A stretch of 64,000 nt of DNA from Williopsis jadinii (GCA_024346625.1 AP024664.1:3906001-3970000); one strand, 5' to 3'. Numbered from the stretch's first letter, positions 33,933 through 47,716 are shown. Program-made: numbers and translations. Notes: generated by a model not told the origin, from the sequence alone.

Positions 33933-35411
33933 CTACCTTCTGTTTGAAGCCTCTCTGTATGGGGGAAGCTCTTCGCTGTCTTTGCTATAGGCTGAGCTGC
34001 GTCTTCTCGAAGGGTTAGCCTGTCCAAACAACGTTCTCAAATCGTCACCTTCATCAAGATCATCGTCATCATCGTCAATTGGCGGAGGTAGATCCAAGGA
34101 ATCGTTAAATATACGACTGTACTCGAGCTCCTCCACCACAGGACCAGTCACAAGCACATCGTTATGGATCATCATGGTCTTATCGTCTGAAAGAACACGC
34201 AGTCCTTGATATTGGGTACCGATTACCAGCTCAACAGAGAAACAATATTGTACCTTCATATTGCAAGTTTTAAAACTCGGAGTGATCTTGAGCACGTCAA
34301 AATGTGCCTGGACAAGCTTGGAAAGGTCCAGCTGTGTATTGTATTGCCTTTCAGCATCGTGATATTCAACACGCTTATCCATTTGTAACAGGAATGGCTC
34401 GGTAACTGTACGAATTGGCATATCTGAAGAGAATGCAGTTTTAAACGAGTGTGTTCTCATGCTGACTCTCTTTGTTAAGCTGAACTTGAAGCTCTTGACG
34501 TACACAGGTGGGAACTGTTCATCAAGCTCATGTGCGAATTGCATACGTAACAGTGGTTTGAATTCAGAACCAGGGATTAGAGTATCCGGTGTGACCAATT
34601 CCAGCCTGAGCTTCAACGGCACGTGCTGCACTGTAGTATTAGTCAGGAAACTGTTGATCGTTGAGGTCAACGATAAAGACGTTGGGTCGATGGCCAATTT
34701 CACAACGTACTGTTTAGAAAACGACCTTTTAGCCGATATCATAGACCTGACATGTGATAAGGGTCCAGGGGGTTTAACAGTTATTGGTAAAATCAATCTT
34801 GAAGATCTCTGGAACACACCAGGCCTATGTACCGACACCTTGATAGTGTAATAGACTTTAGCCTCTCCTTGGAATGAGCACGCGTAAAAGCTTGGTGGCA
34901 ATGGAGAATTGCCATCGTGGATGATCCCTGATGAAGTGACGTGATGCCCGTCTTTCCTCCACCCTGTTTCATACGGGTTCGATACGTAGTTGGCTGTTTG
35001 TCTGGAGCCTTCATTCGCACAGTGAGGCTTGAAGGGAAGCGTGATTTCAAACTGGTACTCGTAGTCACCACTCGTCAGTGAGAACTTGTCATTCTGAGAA
35101 ACCTGCTTCACGTTTGCGGGAGGGAACAGTGTAACCACGTCGTAGAACACTTCATGGCTCATCACCTCGTGGCACTCCCGCTTCTTCCCGTTAGACAGCC
35201 GGATATCATCAATGACCTCCGTGCTCGACACACCGCACACCTTCACCTGGATGTCCTTGAGCGGCAGATCCTTGAGGACGTGTAGCCTAACAGCTCCTCT
35301 TATCGCCTCGTTGTACGTGAAGAACTTCCTGTCCGGCACAGACTCCAGCGGCACCGGCGGCTCAACCACCAGCGTCACCGTATACCCTCGATGGACCTGC
35401 GTATGCTCCAT
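33933..35411 (-). CDS. Alpha-arrestin (ART10-like) Rsp5 adaptor
   Basis: Arrestin N-domain pattern (GAVRLHV..L..IQVK..G, GDYEYQFEI, LPPSF, VYYTIKV) and C-terminal LPPY. Confidence 0.75.
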   Translation of the reverse strand: MEHTQVHRGYTVTLVVEPPVPLESVPDRKFFTYNEAIRGAVRLHVLKDLPLKDIQVKVCGVSSTEVIDDIRLSNGKKRECHEVMSHEVFYDVVTLFPPANVKQVSQNDKFSLTSGDYEYQFEITLPFKPHCANEGSRQTANYVSNPYETGWRKDGHHVTSSGIIHDGNSPLPPSFYACSFQGEAKVYYTIKVSVHRPGVFQRSSRLILPITVKPPGPLSHVRSMISAKRSFSKQYVVKLAIDPTSLSLTSTINSFLTNTTVQHVPLKLRLELVTPDTLIPGSEFKPLLRMQFAHELDEQFPPVYVKSFKFSLTKRVSMRTHSFKTAFSSDMPIRTVTEPFLLQMDKRVEYHDAERQYNTQLDLSKLVQAHFDVLKITPSFKTCNMKVQYCFSVELVIGTQYQGLRVLSDDKTMMIHNDVLVTGPVVEELEYSRIFNDSLDLPPPIDDDDDDLDEGDDLRTLFGQANPSRRRSSAYSKDSEELPPYREASNRR

Positions 35412-35637
35412 AGTGTGCCTTGTTGCTCAGTTCACCGGCTAAACTACCATTCGAACAAGACAAGACAGGAAATAACAACAAAGTGTGGGTATTAAATCTT
35501 GGTACCGAGCGCTTCGTAATTATGCGGCCGGCATCGGCCTTTTGCCTCGTTGCGGTGCTGCACGCCGGTAGCGCCGCTGCTGCGCTGTACGCTTATAACG
35601 CCGATGCTACAGAATAAGGAGGAAAGAAGGAAGGAAG

Positions 35638-35685
35638 ATGAGGGCAATGAGGCCGGTATTTAGGGCAATGAGGCCGGTATTTAAG
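35638..35685 (+). repeat. 21-bp direct repeat x2 (AGGGCAATGAGGCCGGTATTT)
   Basis: Read directly, between the MAPK stop and the arrestin promoter. Confidence 0.8.
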
Positions 35686-35697
35686 GCTATTCAGACG

Positions 35698-36825
<1,128 letters not shown>

Positions 36826-36829
36826 TCAT

Positions 36830-36831
<2 letters not shown>

Positions 36832-36861
<30 letters not shown>
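36832..36861. repeat. (TA)15 microsatellite
   Basis: Read directly. Confidence 0.95.
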
Positions 36862-36864
<3 letters not shown>

Positions 36865-37349
36865 AATGATGTCCTCATCATTTGAAACCCTCAATAAGCA
36901 CTGAATCTCACACGCAGCTACAGTTTACCCAAGCATCCAATACTATGATACGGAGCCTCAAAAACTATATATGGCATCATACATCCATGGACACATCATC
37001 TGAAACAGAAGAAGGACGATTGTCTATCAATTGGTCGTTTTTAAAGCACCGAGCATGACGATGAAACTGAGCCTGTTAGAAGCTTGTTTTACCACTGTTT
37101 GATAGCATCTTTCCCATCCCGTTCGTCGTTATAGCCTGGTGGGCATGAATATTCGTATGCTTTAGCACCGGGTGGAGGGGCCTTGGTGGGGGAGGGGGTA
37201 TGATTACATAATCATCTCGGTCAAATGCGAACTTCACCGCAAACCATTCCAATTACCCTGTTTTCTTATCAAAAGGGATGAACAGCTTCTCCTTCTCCTT
37301 CTCCTTCTCCTTCTTCATACTCCATTGAACAAGAGTCACACATCCAGCA

Positions 37350-37787
37350 ATGCCTCCTATTACATGCCATGTCCTGGATACCACCAGAGGCAAGCCTGCG
37401 TCTGGAGTAAACGTTGCGATCTATAGAATCGGTGATCTGCCCACTGACGGAGATGAGCTAGTTATTCAAGACGTGGAGCCATTCGCAGTGGCAAAGACAA
37501 ACTCTGATGGCAGAGTGACACAGTGGTCATTCCACCCAAACAGGGATCTAACACCACTGGGGATCGTGGACGGTTCTGATTGGCAGACGTTGCAACCCGG
37601 TATTTACAAGATTCGATTCCAGACTTTGAGCTACTTCAGATCCACCGTAGGCTCCAGCGACGCCAGTTCAAGAACGTTCTTCCCCTTTGTTGAAATCATT
37701 TTCAACATAGACAACCCACCAGACGAGCACTACCACATCCCGTTGCTGTTGTCGAACCACAGTTACACCACTTATAGAGGTAGTTAG
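37350..37787 (+). CDS. 5-hydroxyisourate hydrolase (transthyretin-like)
   Basis: ITCHVLDTTRGKPA, TNSDGR, FFPFVEI, HYHIPLLLS and terminal YRGS. Confidence 0.95.
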   Translation: MPPITCHVLDTTRGKPASGVNVAIYRIGDLPTDGDELVIQDVEPFAVAKTNSDGRVTQWSFHPNRDLTPLGIVDGSDWQTLQPGIYKIRFQTLSYFRSTVGSSDASSRTFFPFVEIIFNIDNPPDEHYHIPLLLSNHSYTTYRGS

Positions 37788-38199
37788 TTTCTATTATGAA
37801 CCTGTGTATTGTACAAGTGTCCGTTGTAGTGAGCAGTTGGGAAGAGACCTCAAGTGGAAATAACGGGCCTAAAATTCCAATAGTGAGGCGAAGAGAAAGC
37901 CAAAGTACAGTAGAAAAATTTGTTCTCTCTTTTCTTCATATAACAACAAAACTTCTGCACGCCTATTATATAAACACACATACAAACAGTTCGATAACGA
38001 GGCATAGATTGTTCCATCGTTATCTTTTCCTTTGGCTCTTTTTACAAGCGTAAGCAACACCGAAATCCCGAGGTTGTTTTTCCCTTGGTGTTTTGATGTA
38101 TTTTCCCCTGTTTTGATTGAGTGTACACAAAAAAAAACAACAACAAACAACAACATCAACAAGAAACACAAAACATCACTGGGAAGGAAGTGATAGCAA

Positions 38200-40158
38200 A
38201 TGCCAACTGTTGTTCCTATGGATGCTACTGAATGCGGTGGCTCACCGGCGGTTCATCTCAAGGCTCAGCAGATGGAAGAAACTGAACAGCTCTTGGAGAT
38301 CAAGAGCATGCTTTCGAATCAAAACGTTGCGACATCTGTATCACCGTCAACGCCTGTTTCAAGGGCGGTTACGGATGATTCTGCTATTTTCACACATCAA
38401 AGCTCCATAGACAGCCAAAACACCACTACGAACAGCAACGTGGCTGTTGTTATTGACACCCAGTTGAACCACGACACTGCGACTCCTAATACGATAAACA
38501 CTGCAAACACGGCGATGACGATGACACAGAGTACCCTTACCGCCAGGGGTGCTGAGCAAGATGGCAATACCGTGGAGCCACAATCGGTTGAAGTTGTTGG
38601 ACCACATGATGGAGGGAATGAAGAGATCATCGTGTTGCAAAATCAACTGACTGGCCATTCAAATGGCTCATACTATGTACAAGATGCAGATGATGATCAA
38701 ACTGTTTTGCTCAATACACACACAAGAAGGCAGAGATCCACAAGAAGCTCGAGAGGCTCAAGAGTCTCAAGAGTATCGAGCAGCCATGATCCTTTAGCAC
38801 GGGAAGACCATCTTATTGATGATGTGGCTCAACCTGTGGTAGATACACAGACACAGGCACAAACATCACCACAGCAGAATAGAAACTCAACAACTATCAA
38901 GAAATTCACAAAGAGAAGTACCACTGATGATGAGAGAGTTCTAGTTGGTAAGAAAGTTAGTGAAGGACATCAGAACTATGTCATTGCATACAACATGTTG
39001 ACAGGTATAAGGGTGTCTGTTTCTAGATGTTCTGGGGTTCCAAAACCCATCACAAATGACGATTTCAAATTGATTCAAAAGTTACGGTTTGACTCTTCTG
39101 GAAATGAGCTGACCCCTTCCTCAAAATACGATTTCAAATTTAAAGATTACTATCCAACGGTTTTCCGTGAGTTGAGAAAACTATTCGGGTTAGATCCCGC
39201 AGATTATCTCGTTTCACTCACTTCGAAGTACATCTTGTCAGAGTTGAATTCACCTGGTAAGAGTGGCTCCTTCTTTTATTTCTCGCGTGATTACAGATTT
39301 ATCATAAAGACAATTCACTATGCAGAACACCGCCAGTTGAGAAGGATATTGAAGCGTTACTACGAACACGTAAAGTCAAACCCAAATACGTTGATTTCAC
39401 AGTTTTACGGACTGCACAGGGTCAAGATGCCCTTGAAATACGGTGCTAGACGTAAGATTTATTTCATCGTTATGAACAACCTCTTCCCACCACATAGAGA
39501 CATTGACAGAACTTACGATTTGAAAGGTTCTACTATGGGACGGTACACGTCGTCTTCACCTTCCATGACGAAACAGTTGGTACTAAAGGACTTAAACTGG
39601 CTACAAAACCAAGAGATTATCCAATTCGGGCCTTTGAAACAAGAGGCGCTTATCAAACAGTTGGAAAGTGATGTACAATTATTGATCAAATTAAACATCA
39701 TGGATTACTCCTTCCTCATTGGATTCCATGATCGATCCAAGATCAGCTCTGACGATGATGATCCAATAAAGAGGAAGAAACTCTCAGTTTTTTCGCCTGT
39801 TTCTTCGGACTTGAAAGATTTGAAGAATACCAATCCAAAAACGTTAAACGATTTGAGTGACTTACCCCAGGTTGAGTACTATCACAAGTCTAACTTCTTT
39901 TACACAGAAGATGGTGGGGGCATAGTTGCAACGGGGCCAAATAACGAGAATTTGGAGTATGTGTACTATTTTGGAATCATCGACTGCTTGACCAACTATT
40001 CAATTATCAAAAAATTGGAAACATTTTGGAGATCTTTGAACCACGACAGGCGCACAATCAGTGCAGTACCACCAAGGGAATACGGCGAACGGTTCTTAAG
40101 ATTTGTTCAAAATTCTATCAATGAGAATCACGCTGGCGAAGAAAAGAAAAAGGTATAG
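38200..40158 (+). CDS. MSS4: Phosphatidylinositol-4-phosphate 5-kinase
   Basis: [45 protein letters not shown]. Confidence 0.96.
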   Translation: MPTVVPMDATECGGSPAVHLKAQQMEETEQLLEIKSMLSNQNVATSVSPSTPVSRAVTDDSAIFTHQSSIDSQNTTTNSNVAVVIDTQLNHDTATPNTINTANTAMTMTQSTLTARGAEQDGNTVEPQSVEVVGPHDGGNEEIIVLQNQLTGHSNGSYYVQDADDDQTVLLNTHTRRQRSTRSSRGSRVSRVSSSHDPLAREDHLIDDVAQPVVDTQTQAQTSPQQNRNSTTIKKFTKRSTTDDERVLVGKKVSEGHQNYVIAYNMLTGIRVSVSRCSGVPKPITNDDFKLIQKLRFDSSGNELTPSSKYDFKFKDYYPTVFRELRKLFGLDPADYLVSLTSKYILSELNSPGKSGSFFYFSRDYRFIIKTIHYAEHRQLRRILKRYYEHVKSNPNTLISQFYGLHRVKMPLKYGARRKIYFIVMNNLFPPHRDIDRTYDLKGSTMGRYTSSSPSMTKQLVLKDLNWLQNQEIIQFGPLKQEALIKQLESDVQLLIKLNIMDYSFLIGFHDRSKISSDDDDPIKRKKLSVFSPVSSDLKDLKNTNPKTLNDLSDLPQVEYYHKSNFFYTEDGGGIVATGPNNENLEYVYYFGIIDCLTNYSIIKKLETFWRSLNHDRRTISAVPPREYGERFLRFVQNSINENHAGEEKKKV

Positions 40159-40549
40159 CGTACGCCTCTTCCTCTCTCTCTGGCACAGCGTGATATTTGC
40201 TCTATACTAATGTTAATCTCTATTTCATACATTCAATAAACTAATGATCATATTCAAATGAAAAGTGGACTTTTACTCCCTCATCCCCATAGGAAAATGC
40301 CATCAACCTAATGTTTTCTTTTTTGCTCTGCCTGTCTGTGTGGTTTTCAGAATGTTCAGGTTTTCAGTAGTTTTCCTCCACCTCTTCAGGGGGAACAGTA
40401 GGGGCCACATTCACACCATCTGGAGCCTAAAAAATCAAGAACATGGGCGGTTAATCCCATTGTTTTTGTGGCTTGGAGGTGTTGTTTACATCAACACTTG
40501 GGCTTCTACTGGAGAAAAGAACAAGCATTTAGAGAGATTGCAATAAAAG

Positions 40550-43051
40550 ATGGCTGCCATTCAGGCTGATGAGACCCATGAAATGCTCACTGCGTACCAG
40601 CTAAAGACTTTGAACCCGCAGTCGTGGGAGAGCTCGATAGATAACGAAGTTGTTACTGAGTTCACACACCGTGAAGGCGAGGATACAGCTTATGATATGT
40701 TTTTGGAGTTTGTTAACAGGGATTTTGATCTCAGCAAGAGCGGAAAGCCTGTTGATGCGCTAAACCCTTCGAGAACGTTACAAGTGGATGGTATTGATGG
40801 TGGTGACTTGGCGAAGTTGAACACGTTGAGCAAGCGGTTCAATCCGAAGCAGTTTCTCAAAGTTGTGCATGCAAAGGACTCGTTTGACCAGTTGAAGCAC
40901 GGGTTGGAAGTGTTAGACGACTCGCTTGACTACAAAAACAAGGAACTACAGCAGTTGATTGAAAGAGAGGCGATCCAGTTTGTTAGATCGAAATCCGGGT
41001 TGGATTCTATCCTCCAACAGTTCCAAACAGGTGATATCGGTAAGAACGATGAAGGGTTGAAGAATTTGAAAGCTAGTGTCAACGCTGCAGCCAAAGAGGG
41101 GACTCTGTTGGTGAAACCTGTTATCTCTAGTAAACAGAAAATCATTAGGCTCAAGCAGTCGATTGAGTTCATTGAAAAGAAAAAAGGATTCTTTGACTTA
41201 CCGAAACAGTTGAAGACCTATCTCCAGGACCAGGACTATGATAACTTTGTTCATGATTATAAACAAAATAAAGCATTGAAGGAAAAGGACAACTCTAGAA
41301 CTATATCGAGGGTCTGGGAAGAAGTTGAGGAGATTGCAGATACCTATAAGCGCAAACTATGGAGCGATCTGAATACAAGCGATAAGAGTGATGACTTTTT
41401 AAGATCTATCAAGAAGTTGATGGAATTGGATGTCATTGATAACCCGGTTCTTCTTTGGATTGATATCAATACAAAAAAATCTACAGTCAACTTTATTGAA
41501 ACTTTCTCCAGATACCACGAAAAGACGCTAAACCTCCAGATAAACATTTTGTCAACCTTGATATCCCCAGATTTGTACAATTTCAAGAAATTCTTCACTG
41601 GAAACTCTCAACTCCTTGATTCACCAATCGTCACTGAGGTTTGGCTCATGTTGGGAAAGATGTGGGAAGTTTTAAAGGCCGAAGTTTTGGATTTCGTCGC
41701 CTTCTGGCACCACGTTGAAAATTTCATGAATGGATCGTATTTCCAAAGATTGAGATCTGGGTACATAGATAATAACTCCCCGTTCTTACGTTTAGAGGAT
41801 TACGAAATTGAAGAGATCAGGGCTAAGGGACAAGACCACGTTGTTCAGATAATCAAGAAGCTTGCCGATTTCTTCCACTCAACACATTTATCATTGAACT
41901 TGGACGTTAAAGGAGAAGCTTCATTGGCAAGTTATGGATTCATTCCACCTTTTACAAACTCTCTGAGTACGTTGAAGTACTTGCCTGGCATTGCGGGAAA
42001 TGTTTCAGAGATGTTGAACGAACTAGGACAATTGTCGATAACTACAAAAGCCATTGAGATGCTTAGGGGATTATCTCTCGAGATTAACGAGAGAATCATA
42101 AGTGCTGTATGCGCAGCGTGGGTCAATGATTGTCATACCATTTACAGATTAGAGGATTGGGCAAGATTGGACTCTGGTGAAACCTCATTACCAAACTCCA
42201 TCCTACAATTTGAGACACACGTTGTTGAAAAGATTGGGGAATTATTGTTTACCAAATTACCTGAAGGGAAAGATGTTCAGATTGTGAGATACCCTTCAAA
42301 GAAGATATTAACTGGAGTCCAAATCCAATTCTTAGGCTCCTTTGATATCTTATTGGAGAGTATGATCAAAAAGGTTATTGAGGAGATTCATGACCCCAAA
42401 ATCTCCAAACATTTGAAGACACACCATCAGTTATTGACGTTATTAAACATCAAGAAGATGTCATCAACAGTTGTCCCCACGTCGATTGATAAATTTGATG
42501 CAGTTTTCGAAACGAAGTTACGCAGCGAGAACTTGGAGATTTATTCTCTTCTAACAAAGATGGAACACACTATTCTTGACACATATATGGGTGAACAGAA
42601 AAAGGCCATATCTACGATTCTTCAAAGGGGAATTGCATCGACGGATTGGGCAGGTATAAGCTCTAACCCATCAAAGGTTTCATCCTTTGTCTATGAAGCG
42701 CTAAATGTTCTCGTCACCGTTCATACCGGTGTCGTGAGTGTCTCCACCGAGCTCATCGGGATGATAATGAGAGAACTGGTTGAATTTGTCTCTGCACGTT
42801 TACTCGAAGATTTTAGAAATGTCACTGTGTTTTCCTCAGAAGGCTTAGGCCAGGTGTTCCTCGATGTTGAGTTCTTTAAGAATATTGTCGGCAGATCGGC
42901 CACGAACGCCACTTTGAACAACATCAAGTTGATATACAAGACGATTCTAACATCAAACGTTGATATGAACCACATAGTGGCTACCAATTCCGAGGTGTTG
43001 ACTGGAGCTTTGGGGGCTTCAAGTATAGAGTACACTGTCTTCAACTCTTGA
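40550..43051 (+). CDS. SEC5: Exocyst subunit Sec5
   Basis: SKRFNPKQFLKVVH.KDSF..L..GL..L, FFDLP..L, and C-terminal GL.Q..LDVEF pattern. Confidence 0.88.
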   Translation: MAAIQADETHEMLTAYQLKTLNPQSWESSIDNEVVTEFTHREGEDTAYDMFLEFVNRDFDLSKSGKPVDALNPSRTLQVDGIDGGDLAKLNTLSKRFNPKQFLKVVHAKDSFDQLKHGLEVLDDSLDYKNKELQQLIEREAIQFVRSKSGLDSILQQFQTGDIGKNDEGLKNLKASVNAAAKEGTLLVKPVISSKQKIIRLKQSIEFIEKKKGFFDLPKQLKTYLQDQDYDNFVHDYKQNKALKEKDNSRTISRVWEEVEEIADTYKRKLWSDLNTSDKSDDFLRSIKKLMELDVIDNPVLLWIDINTKKSTVNFIETFSRYHEKTLNLQINILSTLISPDLYNFKKFFTGNSQLLDSPIVTEVWLMLGKMWEVLKAEVLDFVAFWHHVENFMNGSYFQRLRSGYIDNNSPFLRLEDYEIEEIRAKGQDHVVQIIKKLADFFHSTHLSLNLDVKGEASLASYGFIPPFTNSLSTLKYLPGIAGNVSEMLNELGQLSITTKAIEMLRGLSLEINERIISAVCAAWVNDCHTIYRLEDWARLDSGETSLPNSILQFETHVVEKIGELLFTKLPEGKDVQIVRYPSKKILTGVQIQFLGSFDILLESMIKKVIEEIHDPKISKHLKTHHQLLTLLNIKKMSSTVVPTSIDKFDAVFETKLRSENLEIYSLLTKMEHTILDTYMGEQKKAISTILQRGIASTDWAGISSNPSKVSSFVYEALNVLVTVHTGVVSVSTELIGMIMRELVEFVSARLLEDFRNVTVFSSEGLGQVFLDVEFFKNIVGRSATNATLNNIKLIYKTILTSNVDMNHIVATNSEVLTGALGASSIEYTVFNS

Positions 43052-43153
43052 TTGGAAACCCTAAACAAAAGCAATGGATATATCATCAAATAGAAGAAGA
43101 GGTTGAAATTTATTATTCATCTCAGTTGTACATATAACCGGTGTAGTATATAA

Positions 43154-43517
43154 TCATTTTCTCTTTGGCCCACGTATTGGAGGAGGCGGTTTTGTATGTG
43201 TTGGATCAAACATTGGAGCGTTCCTCAGCATTTCAGGTACCGAAAAGAATCTGATCGTGGAGCCTCTGACGAAGACGTTATCCAGATGCGTAGCCTTACC
43301 TTCTCTCGACGTAACGGTTATATCACTCAGACGCACGTTCATATTATCCTCAGCTTTAATAAGGCTAGTTAGTACTTCGCATTCAACAGGGTTGATGCTT
43401 TGATGAACACTTACACTCTATTAGTTTCCCACGGTATGTCTCCCCTGAATTCAGCTCCAACGATATGATGTGTCCTTGAGCTTCACTTAAGAGTTTCACT
43501 GGTATTCCTGCAGACAT
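43154..43517 (-). CDS. SMD3: Sm core protein D3; intron 43414-43354
   Basis: [39 protein letters not shown]...[32 protein letters not shown] and AAG splice signals. Confidence 0.93.
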
Positions 43518-43992
43518 CTTTGCTAATCCAATTAAGCAGAGAAGAGCTCACTATGTTCGAATTACAATACTGAGAAGTATTAATCCGTCTGTTGTTATGG
43601 GTAAAAGCTTTTTTACGCTGTATGCGCAGTGTTGACTTCCCAATTCGGAAGTGCAAAAATACCACAGAACATTGTTAAAAAGGATGAACAGCTGTCTGAA
43701 CGGTGTTAATCCACTCAGCAAGCCGCAGATCACCAGAGTAAGGTGAGCATATGATAACCTCACAACAAACATAGCTAATAACGCATTTCATCGATCAAGT
43801 TCCCCTGTTGGACTACCCTTTAATTGTGGATTACGTAATACTCTGTTCCACCTAGCGCCGATACGTTTCCAGGGAAATCCCATACAAAAAGCCGAGGGCT
43901 CAGAACAACAACAACAACAACAACAACAACACCTTCGCACAGAGCACAAGAGAGCTGTTCTACTGGTGAAAGGAGAGAGAAAACGAGGTGCA

Positions 43993-46794
43993 ATGGAGGA
44001 TCTGCTGGGAGATGTCAACGAGTCCTCGATCTTCAGCATCGCGCCTGTGCAGTTCCAGACGGAGATGACCAACATTAGTTGTCTAAGCGTCGTTAATGAT
44101 ATGATGGTGATTGCCTTCAAGAACGGTAAGCTGTTCAGGATTGACCTGAACAATCCCTCGGTGATTGAGACCCTTGAGCTCCCGTACAAGAGATCCTTAC
44201 AGGAGCTGGGGAGGATTGACAAGATCTTCCAGGACAAAACCGGGTCTCATTTGATTGTCACCACGAGCCAGTTGGAGTCGTTTTACATACACAAGAGCAC
44301 GACGACTTTCAAGTACTTGCAAGATCTGAAAGGACTAAAGGTGAACGTTGTGGCATGGAATGACTTTGCGGTTGAAGAGCAAAACACAGGAGCGTTTCTC
44401 ATTGGTGATAGAAACGGTGGTATTCATGAGGCGTTTCTGGAGTACTCTGAAGCTTCACAGAAGTACTCCAAGAAGATTCAAAGAGATGTGTACAAGAGAT
44501 CGTCAAGCATTGATGGCTTGCAAGTCACGTACGATGATGCTAACAAGGAAGTCACCATTATCCTTGCGTCTGGAGATAACATTGCATACTGGCATACTGC
44601 GTCCATGAGACAGAATGCCAAATATAACGATTTGATCTTAGGGGAAGTGTTCAAGTCGAATCCTGTTGAAATTGAGCAGTACCAGGACTTGGGAAATATT
44701 AACGGGTCAAAGTTCTATGGCCATGGGAACGAGTTCGCATGGCTCACAGCTGCGGGTACTGTATTTGGGTCCATCACAAGGGACAAAATTGCAACACAAA
44801 GGAATATTGGCGATTTAAAGATTCTTCTAACCATGGAACTGCCAGCTTCTAATCACAAGTTCAAGTCTGTGATGATGACCAAGTACCACCTACTGCTTCT
44901 AAGAGGCTCAGAACTGTTCATCATCAATAAGATCAACGACGAGTTGGTCTATCACCAGACCTTACCTGTTTCGGAGAATGAAAGGTTTGTTGGTCTATGT
45001 GCAGATTATACGAAATCTACGTATTGGCTGTACTCCAATTGCAATTTGTTTGAGATAACGGTGGACCAGGAGGAAAAGCATATCTGGAGGTCAATGTGTG
45101 AGAACAATATGTTTGATGAGGCACTCGCAGTGACTTCTGAAGTAAAGATAAGGGATGCCATATATGCACAGAAGGGAGAATACTTGATACAACAAGGTGA
45201 GTTTATAGACGCAGCACGCTCATTTGCACTCTCTAACAAATGGTTTGAGACTGTTGCTCTGAAGTTTATCAATGCAAAGAGACAGGACGCTCTATTGGAG
45301 TACTTTCTTCAAAAATTTCACGTGTTGAAATCGAATAAGAATTACGATTTTGCCATGCAACTTATCATGCTTTCATCATGGATTGTCGAGTTCTATGTCG
45401 AACAGTTGAATGAATTGGACGATCTCTTAGCAACTGAACAGTCTATACACCTCGAGCAGACAATTAGCGAAAAGACCACTGTTGAGAAGAAGTTCCAAGA
45501 GTTTATCATCGACAACAAAGACCACCTGGATAGGAAAACTATTTACGAGATTATCACAGCACATAACAGAAGATCAGAGCTATTGTACTATGCAAACTTG
45601 ATCAACGACTACGACTTTGTGCTGGCATATTGGATTAGATTAGAGAGATGGGAGGAGGCCTTGAACGTCCTCCTAAAAAATAACGGCTCTGAGATGGCAT
45701 ACAAGTACTCTACAGTGCTATTGGTTAACTCTCCTAAAGTCACTGTCGATACCTGGTTGAAACTGTCAGATCTGGATGCCTCAAAGCTATTACCAGCTAT
45801 CTTGACGTACAATAAGAACGCAAGAAGGGTTCAATCGGCCAGTCATCATGGAGTGCGGTACCTGTTGTCATATATCCATGAAACAAAAACCAGAGACCCT
45901 AACGTTCATGATACCTTGCTATTCTTGCTCATATCAAACCAATCGAGTGATCAGGAGGAGTTCATATTACGATACTTGGAGGAGTATGGATCACAGATGA
46001 ACTACAACCCCGACTTCATACTGAGATTATGTTTGAAATTTTACAAGATCCAATCCGCAACGTACGTTTATTCCTTATTGGACTGCTACGAGGATGCTGT
46101 TGATTTGGCATTGAGTCACGATATGGTTGAGTTGGCCATTGTCATTGCGGATAAGCCAGATGATGAGAATTTGAGAAAGTTCCTGTGGATGAAGATTGCA
46201 AAGGCTAAAACGTCCAAATTGAGACCATCTGACCAGTCCCAGGTGAAGTCTGTTGTGAAAGGTTTACTGGATAAGTGTGAACTACTGACAATCAAGGATC
46301 TTTTACCTCTGATACCTGACTTCACATCGATCGACGATCTCAGAGATGAGATCTGCACTGACTTGGAGAACTTTGGCACACAAATCACCAAGCTGTCCCA
46401 CGAGATGAACACGTCCCTACAGTTGAACGATAAGATTGCGCAACAGATCGGCACATACCAGGAGAAATCCCAGATCATTCACGCCGGGGAACCGTGCTCC
46501 ATCTGTGAACTGCTTCTGACGTCCAGAAAGTTCTTTCTATTCCCCTGTGGACACGCTTTCCATTCAGACTGTCTCGTGAAGGACATCTTGAAGTCCAACG
46601 ACTACGCTACGAAGAAGAGGCTGGAGTTCCTACAGAAAAAGTTCATAGCAAACAACAAGGATAAAAAGGCCAAGTTTGTCAACAGCCCAGACGTGGATGC
46701 ACTGCTCTGTAAGCGGTGTCCACTGTGCTCTGACCTGAAGATCGACACCATCGACCAGCCATTGCAAGCCGTTGAAGGTGATTGGGATATATGA
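43993..46794 (+). CDS. PEP3: HOPS/CORVET subunit Vps18
   Basis: Beta-propeller, clathrin-like repeat, C-terminal RING-H2 CSICE...FPCGHAFHSDC...CPLC. Confidence 0.94.
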   Translation: MEDLLGDVNESSIFSIAPVQFQTEMTNISCLSVVNDMMVIAFKNGKLFRIDLNNPSVIETLELPYKRSLQELGRIDKIFQDKTGSHLIVTTSQLESFYIHKSTTTFKYLQDLKGLKVNVVAWNDFAVEEQNTGAFLIGDRNGGIHEAFLEYSEASQKYSKKIQRDVYKRSSSIDGLQVTYDDANKEVTIILASGDNIAYWHTASMRQNAKYNDLILGEVFKSNPVEIEQYQDLGNINGSKFYGHGNEFAWLTAAGTVFGSITRDKIATQRNIGDLKILLTMELPASNHKFKSVMMTKYHLLLLRGSELFIINKINDELVYHQTLPVSENERFVGLCADYTKSTYWLYSNCNLFEITVDQEEKHIWRSMCENNMFDEALAVTSEVKIRDAIYAQKGEYLIQQGEFIDAARSFALSNKWFETVALKFINAKRQDALLEYFLQKFHVLKSNKNYDFAMQLIMLSSWIVEFYVEQLNELDDLLATEQSIHLEQTISEKTTVEKKFQEFIIDNKDHLDRKTIYEIITAHNRRSELLYYANLINDYDFVLAYWIRLERWEEALNVLLKNNGSEMAYKYSTVLLVNSPKVTVDTWLKLSDLDASKLLPAILTYNKNARRVQSASHHGVRYLLSYIHETKTRDPNVHDTLLFLLISNQSSDQEEFILRYLEEYGSQMNYNPDFILRLCLKFYKIQSATYVYSLLDCYEDAVDLALSHDMVELAIVIADKPDDENLRKFLWMKIAKAKTSKLRPSDQSQVKSVVKGLLDKCELLTIKDLLPLIPDFTSIDDLRDEICTDLENFGTQITKLSHEMNTSLQLNDKIAQQIGTYQEKSQIIHAGEPCSICELLLTSRKFFLFPCGHAFHSDCLVKDILKSNDYATKKRLEFLQKKFIANNKDKKAKFVNSPDVDALLCKRCPLCSDLKIDTIDQPLQAVEGDWDI

Positions 46795-46971
46795 GCAGTG
46801 TCTTACATAAGCGACAAACCAAGAATCAACAAACGAGTTCGCGAACGTGCACTAACTTCGCGGCGCGAAAAACACGCAAACCCCCGTAGCGAAGAGAGGC
46901 CTTGTCTCTCTGTATTAGGCAACAAGGACAGACTGCTGGGGCAAACTCCATCGACAACGCCGCAGTGAAAC

Positions 46972-47604
46972 ATGCCAGAAGAGCCTAAGTTGGACAGCAG
47001 TAACGCTGACGACGTGGAAGACGTTGAGGTTGAGGACGACGAGATCTTCAACGACAACGTTGAAGGCGCGGAACAGCAGAACGGTGATCAGAGCATGAAG
47101 GATGCCGATGAAGAGCCGTCGATGAAGGTGCCAGAGCTGCCGGAGTTCACGAAGAAGGACAAGACCTTGCACGAGGTCTTGTCGATGATGGAAGACTACT
47201 ACCCGATCGTACGTATAGATCCCATGTGCCGCCCTGGTGTGTCCAGATCGCTAACGACGCTATAGATACCTGACGCAGTCACGGACTACTACCTCGAGAA
47301 GAATGGACTCGAATGTGACGATATCAGGGTCAAGAGAATACTCGCCCTCGCCACACAGAAGTTCATCTCCGATATTGCCACGGACGCCTATGAATACTCG
47401 CGTATCAGGTCGCAGTCCGCCGTGTACAACTCCTCCAACCCCCAGGCCAGGAACAAGGCGCTAGTCGCTGGCGCTGCTGGTCAACAGATGGTGAACTCCA
47501 CAGCGGGAAACAGCTCAAAGAAGGTGGTGCTGACGATGGAAGATCTGAGCAGTGCCTTGGGAGAGTATGGGCTGAATGTCAGTAGGCCTGATTTCTACCG
47601 CTGA
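46972..47604 (+). CDS. TAF10: TFIID/SAGA subunit Taf10; intron 47209-47265
   Basis: EFTKKDKTL...[14 protein letters not shown]...[13 protein letters not shown]...[40 protein letters not shown]. Confidence 0.95.
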
Positions 47605-47716
47605 CGGCGTGTTGTCTCTTTCTCTAATGCTTGTTTTGTTTTGTTTACCTACAATAAACACGCGTGTACGCACGCTGGAATATAAATATGAGCCTTGTTT
47701 GTATGGTAAACGAACC

